32,000 nt of DNA from an uncultured Erysipelotrichaceae bacterium. GTDB lineage: Bacteria > Bacillota_I > Bacilli_A > Erysipelotrichales > Erysipelotrichaceae. Below, in pieces: positions 18,275 to 28,285 of this stretch (positions within the stretch are counted from its first letter, which is position 1; each line of letters opens with the position of its first letter). The position numbers and the translations under genes are program-made. The DNA lies in contig OW818653.1 of NCBI GenBank assembly GCA_942492995.1, positions 750,001 to 782,000 of the forward strand. The letters are read 5' to 3'. The notes under the pieces are model-generated. The model had not been told where the DNA came from. It ran no database searches and saw nothing but the letters and a program-made list of their open reading frames with translations.

Positions 18275-18412
18275 CTTTCCTTGTATAACTCTTAATAAGA
18301 GTATGATTACTGCAATAACCAACAAGATATGAATAAATCCACCAATTGTTGTTGAAGTAACAATCCCTAATAACCATAGAATAACGAGAATAATTGCGAC
18401 TGTAGTTAACAT
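18263..18412 (-). CDS. 49-aa lmo0937-family-like small membrane protein (absent from the ORF track)
   Basis: My translation is MLTTVAIILVILWLLGIVTSTTIGGFIHILLVIAVIILLLRVIQGKRIL. The pattern (..ILWLLG....GG.IHILLVIAVI...) matches the small lmo0937-type proteins of Firmicutes. The ATG overlaps the upstream stop as TAATG. Confidence 0.65.
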   Translation of the reverse strand: MLTTVAIILVILWLLGIVTSTTIGGFIHILLVIAVIILLLRVIQGKRIL

Positions 18413-18822
18413 TATAGTATCTCTCTTTCGTCTTCAGTTGTTTGTTTAACAGCTGTAAATTCTGTTGTGTTCTTCTGAACACTTGTATCCTGATTCATTA
18501 ATTTAGATATTCCAAGTGCGATTAGAGCAACTACGATCATTGCGATGATTGTGCCTGGTTCAATAACTGATACAGTTTCTAAACCATCTGCTGTAGCTGG
18601 AGTGAATATACTTGCGAATATTGCGACCATAAATTGGGTTGTATCATATAATATCTTAATCAATGTATTCTCTGGATTTGCACCAGCTAATTTAAAGATG
18701 AATCTAAATGCTAATAAAGTTTCAATTAATCCAAACACAACAATCAATATTCGTCTTGTCATCGATTGATCAAACTGAGTACTAGTATTTATACGTTCTG
18801 ACTTCTTATTTAATTCGTTCAC
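18412..18822 (-). CDS. YggT-like membrane protein
   Basis: The start is trimmed to GTG 18822, 7 nt after AGGAGG. The core RRILIVVFGLIETLLAFRFIFKLAGANPENTLIKILYDTT resembles YggT-family proteins. A second TM segment lies toward the C-terminus. Confidence 0.55.
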   Translation of the reverse strand: MNELNKKSERINTSTQFDQSMTRRILIVVFGLIETLLAFRFIFKLAGANPENTLIKILYDTTQFMVAIFASIFTPATADGLETVSVIEPGTIIAMIVVALIALGISKLMNQDTSVQKNTTEFTAVKQTTEDEREIL

Positions 18823-18903
18823 GAAATACCTCCTTGTGAAACACAAAATCTTCTGTAAATAATACAGAGTAATTTTTTATTCTTTAATTTAATAATTTTA
18901 ATC

Positions 18904-19140
18904 TTAAATAATTTTATTCGCATCCTCAACGACTGAATTAACATCATCCATAATCGCATCAGATGTTTCACGAACTAAATGATCTCCCTTTTTAAGGGTT
19001 CTCTTAACAAACTTCTTACTATCATCTAAAATTTGTTTAGGTGATTTATCGGTATTTTGAATTGCACAATACATTAATGACATTGTTCCAATCGTCGCGA
19101 GTGCGCCTAAGACGAAGTATACTTTAGAGCTGGTTTTCAT
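18904..19140 (-). CDS. YtxH-like small membrane-anchored protein
   Basis: The start is trimmed to ATG 19140 (AGAAGG RBS). It has one N-terminal TM segment (VYFVLGALATIGTMSLMY) followed by a charged helical tail, as in YtxH-type stress proteins. Confidence 0.45.
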   Translation of the reverse strand: MKTSSKVYFVLGALATIGTMSLMYCAIQNTDKSPKQILDDSKKFVKRTLKKGDHLVRETSDAIMDDVNSVVEDANKII

Positions 19141-19219
19141 AGAATAACCTTCTTTCTGTATTAACATCTTGTATTTGGATTAGATTCTATTAATTTATTG
19201 CGAATTTAGTGGTTATCAA

Positions 19220-19477
19220 TCACAAAGTGTATGAGATTTTTTTCTTTTGATCTTGGATCGTTTTAAGAATAAGTTGTATCTCATCTACATTCATTGAATC
19301 AATTAATTCTAATAAGTCCGCAATCTTTTCAAACTCGGAAATTGAGAACAAAACCGCATCAGGTTGATTGTTTTTAAAGACGAATAATTTTCCCATAATT
19401 TCAGCTTTATCGCGTTGTGATTTATAATTTTTTATAATATCAGAATTCGATACAATGGCTTCTTTTGGTATTTTCAT
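19220..19477 (-). CDS. Phd/YefM-like antitoxin-family protein (no partner toxin seen)
   Basis: 85 aa. The pattern ...IVSNSDIIKNYKSQRDKAEIMGKLFVFKNNQPDAVLFSISEFEKI matches Phd/YefM N-terminal domains (S..e.r.n......pv.It.ng.p.aVl.s.eeyE.l). GAGGAAG serves as the RBS. Confidence 0.5.
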   Translation of the reverse strand: MKIPKEAIVSNSDIIKNYKSQRDKAEIMGKLFVFKNNQPDAVLFSISEFEKIADLLELIDSMNVDEIQLILKTIQDQKKKISYTL

Positions 19478-19505
19478 TTTTCTTCCTCAGTTCTTTGTCT
19501 TCCAC

Positions 19506-19534
19506 AGTATACTCCTATTATACTATTTATGCAA
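19506..19534 (-). promoter_or_regulatory. candidate promoter of the Phd/YefM-like gene
   Basis: The minus strand reads TTGCAT (19534..19529), a 17-nt spacer, then TATACT (19511..19506). It lies about 28 nt upstream of ATG 19477. The -35 is part of a 10-bp inverted-repeat arm. Confidence 0.45.
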
Positions 19535-19584
19535 ATAATCATTCTAATATTTATTATAATATTTATTATTATTTTTATTTGCAT
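19529..19584. repeat. 10-bp inverted repeat ATGCAAATAA / TTATTTGCAT bracketing a tandem 12-mer
   Basis: The arms are at 19529..19538 and 19575..19584. Between them AATATTTATTAT occurs twice in tandem (19546..19557 and 19558..19569). Confidence 0.85.
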
Positions 19585-19630
19585 TATTTTTAGAATTTAA
19601 ATTACATGCTATAAGAAAATAATATACTGT

Positions 19631-19658
19631 AAATAAAAATGACATTTTACTGTCATTT
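19631..19658 (-). terminator. weak AU-rich terminator after the 104-aa gene
   Basis: Minus-strand RNA forms AAAUGACA-guaaaa-UGUCAUUU followed by UUAUUU. The 8-bp stem has only two G-C pairs. Confidence 0.4.
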
Positions 19659-19682
19659 CTTTTTCCTCAAAAACCACTATAC

Positions 19683-19997
19683 TTAATCAATCTTTCTAAT
19701 TGTATTACGATGTCTATCCTTTTCTGCTTTAATAAATTCTGTAATTATTCTAATATTCTCAATACTTGAATCGTGTTTATATGTAGAGACGACAAGCTCT
19801 GTAGCTTTTAAATCTCGTTCATGTATTAACTTCTTTATCTCTTTATGAGCTACATCTAAATCTGATTCGTATTTTGCGATATTCTCCATATTGAGTAATA
19901 AACCATCAATATTTTTATTTAGCTTTCTTATTTGAAATTCTGATTGAAGTTTAATTTGACTTAGTCTTATGTTCGAATGAAAATGTTTTTTATGCAT
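19683..19997 (-). CDS. hypothetical 104-aa coiled-coil protein
   Basis: The start is trimmed to ATG 19997 (MHKKHFHSN...), which follows AAGGAGG with 8 nt between them. The track's TTG start at 20090 abuts the upstream terminator. The protein is predicted all-helical and charged, and I recognise no family. Confidence 0.5.
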   Translation of the reverse strand: MHKKHFHSNIRLSQIKLQSEFQIRKLNKNIDGLLLNMENIAKYESDLDVAHKEIKKLIHERDLKATELVVSTYKHDSSIENIRIITEFIKAEKDRHRNTIRKID

Positions 19998-20093
19998 AGA
20001 ATTAACCTCCTTCTTTATAAAAAGATTGTTAAGATATGATTCTTTGCTTTGAGATAACTTCATACTAGTCTTTATCGTCATATTAAGCAAACG

Positions 20094-20131
20094 AATAAAA
20101 AACGATTAATCGAAGGTTCGATTTAATCGTT
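20094..20131 (-). terminator. intrinsic terminator after the CarD-family gene
   Basis: Minus-strand RNA forms AACGAUUAAAUCGAA-cc-UUCGAUUAAUCGUU (14 bp with one bulge) followed by UUUUAUU. Confidence 0.65.
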
Positions 20132-20166
20132 AATGTTAAGCTTTACTATTTTTTAACATGATCTAA

Positions 20167-20685
20167 TTAAGCGTTTGCTTTATTTTCTATCATGTTCCCG
20201 ATATAATCAGGAATTTCATTTTCATCTAATTCTAATGCATAAGCCATTTCTTGATTGAACAATGATTCAGCTTTTTCAAAATACTTCATATCTACGATAG
20301 GTAATGGTTTAGGTTTATCACTTTCCCTATTTTCTTTACGCATGATATAGATTGACTTAATGACTTTAACCCATTCTTCCATCTTCCAACTTGATATCAA
20401 TGATTTAAACAATAATTCACGATCTCTAACATCTTTTACCCATACAGATTCTACTTCGGGTAATGATTCGATTAATTTTAAAGCGTCTTCTTTAGATATA
20501 ACTTGACGCATAATGTTATTCGTATCAACTGGTATTTTAATAATTGTGCTATCACATTTATCAAACATCTGTCTTAAAAAGTAATATTTCCGTGGTTTGT
20601 TATTCATAACTGTTAATGATTTTATGTCAATAATTTGACATATTCCATAGTTTTGATAACACACGACATCATTGATTTTGTACAT
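20167..20685 (-). CDS. CarD/CdnL-family RNA-polymerase-binding regulator
   Basis: 172 aa. The Tudor-like N-terminus is MYKINDVVCYQNYGICQIIDI...KYYFLRQ......IKIPVDTNNIMRQVISKEDALKLIESL, and the helical C-terminal half matches CarD_CdnL_TRCF proteins. AAGAGGAGG serves as the RBS. Confidence 0.75.
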   Translation of the reverse strand: MYKINDVVCYQNYGICQIIDIKSLTVMNNKPRKYYFLRQMFDKCDSTIIKIPVDTNNIMRQVISKEDALKLIESLPEVESVWVKDVRDRELLFKSLISSWKMEEWVKVIKSIYIMRKENRESDKPKPLPIVDMKYFEKAESLFNQEMAYALELDENEIPDYIGNMIENKANA

Positions 20686-20764
20686 ACAACCTCCTCTTAG
20701 TCCCCTTCATTCTACTCTACTATTATAAAACATTGTGAAAATTCGCATAAGTGAAACTTTTAAA

Positions 20765-20800
20765 GGTTAAAAAGATATCAACTTATCGTGTTAATATCTT
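20765..20800 (-). terminator. intrinsic terminator after the ABC permease gene
   Basis: Minus-strand RNA forms AAGAUAUUAAC-acgauaa-GUUGAUAUCUU (11 bp including one G-U pair) followed by UUUAACC. Confidence 0.6.
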
Positions 20801-20807
20801 TTGATTT

Positions 20808-23771
20808 CTACTCTACGGCTTTTAGTGATTCGACTAATTGTATTCTTCTAATTTTGATTTCTAAGATTAAATTTGTGATAAATGTGATGATAAATGCGAT
20901 AAAGACAGAGAACAATAAAACATTAGGTTCTATAACATCTGGCATATAGAATTCGTTTGTAGATACCATATGTGATATCCATTGCGATAAGAATGAACCT
21001 ACAGGTAAACCAAGAATGGATCCTAAGGTTAATAAGACATAGTTTTCTGAATTAATTAATCGTTTGACTTCACGATGTGTATATCCTAAGACTCTTAATG
21101 TAGCGATTTCACGTTCACGTTCTACAATGTTAATCGATGCTAGGTTGTAAATAACTGTAGATGTAAGCGCAAATGATGAGATTAGAATGATTAATATAAC
21201 TTGGTTTAACATCGATAACATTTCATTTGATCGTTCGATAATTATTGATTTAGTATCAATCGATTCTATTTGATCACTCTTCAATAAGACATCTTTTAGT
21301 GAATCATTAAACTCATGAGATGTTTTCAGATAGAATCGTTTCGTAATCTTTTCTACACCTAATTGATTTAAACGATCCATACTAATGTACATTGTCTTGC
21401 CTAGATATTGATTACTTACATCAGTGATAATAAACGTATAGTCTTTTTCATCGTATGAAAATGTAAATTCATCGCCTACTTTAAGTTGATTCAATATGGC
21501 AAAACTTTGTGGAATAATAAAACTATTTTGATTAATATCGACAAGTTTACCATCGAGATTCGTAATAGATAGTAGTTCTTGATGATTTGTTAATGCGTTT
21601 AATTGGATTATTTGATTATTAAAGTCCGCGTTTACAGAAATTGTTGGCTCAATTTTTTCGGTTGATACAGGCAAATCAGGTAACTCATCATACGGAACTT
21701 CTTCACTTAATTGGATACTCGCATCAAAGTTATAGGTGTTAATCGTATTTTGGATTGTTGTATTGGCAGAACTACGAAGTGACAGACCGATTACGAGTAA
21801 CGCAATTGCGCCGACTACACCGATTGAACTTAAAAGTATTTTCATACGTCCAACACTTAAATTACGGATCATCAACTTATTCGCATAACTTAGTTTACTC
21901 CAGAACCATTTAACTTTTTCTAATATTGAACGTTTAGCATTTTTAGGTGGTTTTGGACGTAAGCCTTGTGCAGGTGTTTCTTTTAATACAGATCGTAGGG
22001 CAAGTAATATCGCAACACTTGAGAAAAATAGCGACAATAAAATTGCGACTAAACTTAAACCATGATAATAAACAATTTCAATTAATGGGATACTAAAGCG
22101 TGTTGTAAAGATATTAAAGAGTACAGTTGGGATTAACCAGTTGCCAAAATAACCGAAGATAAGTGAACCACTTATTGCGGCTAACCAACCATACATTAAG
22201 TAACTGAGTGTGATTGTTTGGGTTGATAGACCGAGCGCTTTCATAATCGCAACTTGAGTACGATCATGTTCAACCATTTTCGCCATAGTGATTAAGATTA
22301 GAATTGCGGCTACCATAAAAAACAATAATGGAAAGATTGTCGTCATAACTTTTATTGGAGAAAGGATATTTTCTAACATGGCGTTGCCAGGATATGCATC
22401 ACGATCTATCCAAAAAATATACCGATCATCTGCTTTTATAGAGTTTTCTAATTCAATTTTATCTTCACCCTTTACAAGGATTTCATAATAGTTAAATACA
22501 GATTCATCTAATTTTAGATATGCATCATTCTTTTCATTATTGAATTCAATTAATCCTTCTTCATATTCTTTTATGCCATCATTTAATAGTTTTTGAGCTT
22601 TTGCGAATTCTTTATCCGCTTTTAGATATGCATCATCTATTTGTACGAGACCATCTTCTATTAAGATAAACCCTTCATTGATTGAACGAATACCATACTC
22701 TACTTGTGCTTGTTGGTTTAATACTTCAGTTCTTTGTGCATATAACGGATCTAAAACATAAGCACGTTCAATGTTTAATTGTGTTTGTTGGGCTTGTAGA
22801 GTCGCATAGTTTGCGTCCCACTCAACTTGTGTTGGTAGACCAGGATTAGCGTTTAAACTCGCAAATGCATCATCTATTGTAGATTGAGCTAAATTGAAAT
22901 TATTTTCGGCTTGATTTATGCCGAGGTTTAATTGACTGAGTCCATATTCGATACTCCGTCGGGCCTTCAATAATTCATCGTATTGTGTATATAACTCATC
23001 TTGTTTACTTAATAAATCCTTTTTGTTCGTATCGATTTCGTTATAAACGTTTACTTTTTCATTCGCAAAATTCTTTTTCTCTTTTAGTAAAGTACGATAT
23101 GCATCATCTATCTCAGCTTGAGCTTCACTTAATTTATCTTCTATCTCAACTTTCGCATCGATATATGTTTGATCCATTTTAAGCATACTTACGATGTTTT
23201 CAGTACTAGTATAAATTACCCCAACACCTTCTTTATTACTCGCTCCATCCGCATTATCTTTTGATTTATAACTAAATTCTGGGCTTTGAAATAATCCAAC
23301 GATTTCATACTCAAAAGACTCATTGAGATTTACTTTAATGGTAGATCCAATTGATAAGTTATTCCTTTGCGCAAAACTTTCATCAATTATGATTTGATTC
23401 GAACTTAAGACGGATGTCCCTGACATTATTTGTACTTGATTGATATCTGTTTGACTTAAGAAGATAAAATAAACAGATTTTCCATTCAGAACAGAATCTG
23501 TTTTATAGGTATATCGACCTTCAATTTCTAAGTTTGGATATTCTTTTTGAAGTGTATCAATCTCATTGGATGAATACCCTTCAACATATACCCATGAATC
23601 GGCTAGATTGTTATCCTTATAATATTCAAGTAACCAGGTATCAAGAATATTTATTGTGCTTAAGAGTCCTGTGAAAATTCCACTCCCAATCGCAATGATA
23701 AGAATAATTGCCAAAAATTGGGTTAATGTACCTCCGATAATTCTGAGCGTACGTTTAATTAAATACTTCAT
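20808..23771 (-). CDS. MacB/FtsX-type ABC permease with duplicated FtsX modules and a long coiled-coil extracytoplasmic insert
   Basis: 987 aa. The layout is TM1, an extracytoplasmic domain of about 430 aa, 3 TM, TM5, a second extracytoplasmic domain of about 190 aa, then 3 TM. The first domain carries about 230 aa of heptad repeats (RRSIEYG LSQLNLG; IRSINEG FILIEDG; QKLLNDG IKEYEEG). The start overlaps the ATPase stop as ATGA. Confidence 0.8.
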   Translation of the reverse strand: MKYLIKRTLRIIGGTLTQFLAIILIIAIGSGIFTGLLSTINILDTWLLEYYKDNNLADSWVYVEGYSSNEIDTLQKEYPNLEIEGRYTYKTDSVLNGKSVYFIFLSQTDINQVQIMSGTSVLSSNQIIIDESFAQRNNLSIGSTIKVNLNESFEYEIVGLFQSPEFSYKSKDNADGASNKEGVGVIYTSTENIVSMLKMDQTYIDAKVEIEDKLSEAQAEIDDAYRTLLKEKKNFANEKVNVYNEIDTNKKDLLSKQDELYTQYDELLKARRSIEYGLSQLNLGINQAENNFNLAQSTIDDAFASLNANPGLPTQVEWDANYATLQAQQTQLNIERAYVLDPLYAQRTEVLNQQAQVEYGIRSINEGFILIEDGLVQIDDAYLKADKEFAKAQKLLNDGIKEYEEGLIEFNNEKNDAYLKLDESVFNYYEILVKGEDKIELENSIKADDRYIFWIDRDAYPGNAMLENILSPIKVMTTIFPLLFFMVAAILILITMAKMVEHDRTQVAIMKALGLSTQTITLSYLMYGWLAAISGSLIFGYFGNWLIPTVLFNIFTTRFSIPLIEIVYYHGLSLVAILLSLFFSSVAILLALRSVLKETPAQGLRPKPPKNAKRSILEKVKWFWSKLSYANKLMIRNLSVGRMKILLSSIGVVGAIALLVIGLSLRSSANTTIQNTINTYNFDASIQLSEEVPYDELPDLPVSTEKIEPTISVNADFNNQIIQLNALTNHQELLSITNLDGKLVDINQNSFIIPQSFAILNQLKVGDEFTFSYDEKDYTFIITDVSNQYLGKTMYISMDRLNQLGVEKITKRFYLKTSHEFNDSLKDVLLKSDQIESIDTKSIIIERSNEMLSMLNQVILIILISSFALTSTVIYNLASINIVEREREIATLRVLGYTHREVKRLINSENYVLLTLGSILGLPVGSFLSQWISHMVSTNEFYMPDVIEPNVLLFSVFIAFIITFITNLILEIKIRRIQLVESLKAVE

Positions 23772-24475
23772 TGCCAGTCAATCTCCGCAACACGTTTTGG
23801 ATGTTCAACCATATGGATGGAATCTATTAACCCATTACGAACATGGATTATTTTATCCGCCATTTCAGCAATCTGAGCATTGTGTGTAATAAGTATTACG
23901 GTTTTATTAAAATCACGATTAAGATCATCGAGTAATGTAAGAATACTTCGACCGGTAATATCATCTAATGCGCCAGTCGGTTCATCACAAAGTAACAACA
24001 ATGGATTCTTCGCAATCGCTCGCGCTATCGCAACACGTTGTTGTTCACCACCTGAAAGTTGTGTAGGAAAATTATCTGTGCGATGACTTAAGCCTACCTT
24101 CTCAATAATTTCTTTGGGGTTGAGACTATCCTTTTTTATCGATGACGCAAATTCCACATTCTCTAATGCGGTTAAATTATTGATTAGATTATAGAATTGA
24201 AAAACGAAACCAACTTTATTACGACGATAGGTCGTAAGTTCTTTATCGTTGTATTGTTCAATATTAATATCTTCCACAATTATTGAACCTTCACTTGCAC
24301 GATCCATTCCACCAAGTAAATTTAATATCGTAGATTTGCCTGCACCTGATGCGCCCAATATAACGACAAACTCGCCTTCTTTTATTTCAAAGTTAACGCC
24401 TTTAAGCGCTTCTATTTTTACTTCTCCAATTTGATAGTATTTTTTAACATTTCTAAATTCTAAAATTGTTTTCAT
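23768..24475 (-). CDS. MacB/LolD-type ABC transporter ATP-binding protein
   Basis: 235 aa. Motifs are Walker A GASGAGKST, signature LSGGEQQR, Walker B LLLCDEPTGALD, and H-loop ILITHN. Confidence 0.88.
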   Translation of the reverse strand: MKTILEFRNVKKYYQIGEVKIEALKGVNFEIKEGEFVVILGASGAGKSTILNLLGGMDRASEGSIIVEDINIEQYNDKELTTYRRNKVGFVFQFYNLINNLTALENVEFASSIKKDSLNPKEIIEKVGLSHRTDNFPTQLSGGEQQRVAIARAIAKNPLLLLCDEPTGALDDITGRSILTLLDDLNRDFNKTVILITHNAQIAEMADKIIHVRNGLIDSIHMVEHPKRVAEIDWQ

Positions 24476-24557
24476 ATGTACCTAACTTTATGTGTGTATT
24501 CTAGTATATTATTGTAACTCTTTATAGATACTTAAGTAAATGAATTATATATTAATC

Positions 24558-25211
24558 TTAAAAACCCTTAGTCTGACTCTTCCAAGGTTTAGGTTTATTG
24601 TGATTAAATTCATCGATACTTGGTCCATTAAGTTGTTTAAGTCGAATCAATCCGTAGATATAACTTATACCGATAATTAGAATGGTAAAAGGTAAACCAA
24701 TAAATAGATTTAAGATAACCGCATTTGAATAGAAAATGATTATAATTTGTGCACCAGTCTTAAAAATAAAGAAGATTAACCAAAATATACTAACTTCAGT
24801 ATAAGCAGGTCTCACATCATTGCGTAAATACCATTCAAGTGGCCATGCTCGTGTTAAATGGCTCGCATATGCCGCGAGTGGTTTTTTTATGATTAACAGA
24901 AATGAACTTAATAGGACAAGTATTACATTAGTCAAGAGATCAGGTAAGAAATAACTATTAGGATTATTGGTTAATACGGCAAGTAAACTCGCAAAGCTTA
25001 ACATCGCGAAACCGATTAATGCGTACATTACGTTCTCTTTACGAATTATTCGATAAATTAATATTAAGAGTGAAAAAGCGATTGAACAAACAATCGCTAT
25101 CGTTAAGTTGAACATTGAATTTAGACCTACAAATAATACAGGTGGTATAAGTGAATCAATTGTTTTACTTTTCAGAAATACTACTATTTCGTTTATTAGG
25201 TCTTTTAACAT
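24558..25211 (-). CDS. hypothetical polytopic membrane protein (about 6 TM)
   Basis: 217-aa hydrophobic ORF with no obvious SD. It may be DUF3159-like, but I cannot verify that. Confidence 0.5.
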   Translation of the reverse strand: MLKDLINEIVVFLKSKTIDSLIPPVLFVGLNSMFNLTIAIVCSIAFSLLILIYRIIRKENVMYALIGFAMLSFASLLAVLTNNPNSYFLPDLLTNVILVLLSSFLLIIKKPLAAYASHLTRAWPLEWYLRNDVRPAYTEVSIFWLIFFIFKTGAQIIIIFYSNAVILNLFIGLPFTILIIGISYIYGLIRLKQLNGPSIDEFNHNKPKPWKSQTKGF

Positions 25212-25262
25212 AGACTTATCTTAACAAATTAATGTAAATAGTATGTACTTATGCTCAAAATT

Positions 25263-25895
25263 CTATCCATTTAACCATTCACTAGGGTTTTTGCGCCATT
25301 TATTGAGTGATTCTAATTCATCAGGTTTAATGTATCCAATTTCTTGGGCTACTTCAATAAGGGTAGAATAATTACTTAAGGTATGTAATTCGATTTGTTT
25401 GTCCGCAAAGTTATTTATTCCTTTTGAAAGTTGATAGGTAAATATTGCGGCTACACCTAATACATCTGCACCTTCATTTTTAGCCGCATCACATGCATCA
25501 AGTACACTTCCACCTGTTGAAATTAAGTCTTCGATAATTACCATTTTTTGGCCTTGATGGATTACTCCTTCAATTTGATTGCCTTTTCCATGATCTTTCG
25601 CCTTAGAACGAATGTATACCATTGGTAGATTCATGAGATCCGCAACCCAACATGCTTGTGGAATACCTGCAGTCGCTGTTCCTGCTATAACTTCAACACT
25701 TGGATAGTGTTTACGAATGAGTTCAACTAATGCGAGTGCGATATCTTTACGAACCGTTGGATAACTCAAAGTGACTCGATTATCACAATAGATTGGACTT
25801 TTGAGTCCACTTGCCCATGTATATGGTTCATTGGGAGATAATGTGACAGCCTTAACTTCTAATAAATGTTTCGCAATTCGTGTTTCTGTGTTCAT
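25263..25895 (-). CDS. pyrE: orotate phosphoribosyltransferase
   Basis: 210 aa with the PRPP-binding motif [12 protein letters not shown]. It is the last gene of a Bacillus-order pyr operon. Confidence 0.92.
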   Translation of the reverse strand: MNTETRIAKHLLEVKAVTLSPNEPYTWASGLKSPIYCDNRVTLSYPTVRKDIALALVELIRKHYPSVEVIAGTATAGIPQACWVADLMNLPMVYIRSKAKDHGKGNQIEGVIHQGQKMVIIEDLISTGGSVLDACDAAKNEGADVLGVAAIFTYQLSKGINNFADKQIELHTLSNYSTLIEVAQEIGYIKPDELESLNKWRKNPSEWLNG

Positions 25896-25896
25896 C

Positions 25897-28278
<2,382 letters not shown>

Positions 28279-28285
28279 TGTGACC

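Noticed and set aside
17946-18482. 178-aa minus-strand ORF from the track
   Set aside because: Its composition is low-complexity and Asn/Tyr/Ile-rich, typical of an out-of-frame read in AT-rich DNA. It overlaps the 3' end of the convergent ABC gene and runs through the bidirectional terminator. It has no SD. Two well-formed micro-ORFs with SDs occupy another frame of the same strand.
19529-19600. 24-codon, extremely hydrophobic plus-strand mini-ORF (MQIIILIFIIIFIIIFICIIFRI) that looks like a type I toxin. A 37-codon minus-strand ORF also starts from the other ATGCAAATAA arm.
   Set aside because: Neither has an SD. Ile/Phe-rich peptides are the default translation of A/T-only DNA, and both ATGs are by-products of the inverted repeat. 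It would only be worth revisiting if an antisense RNA or ribosome footprints were found.
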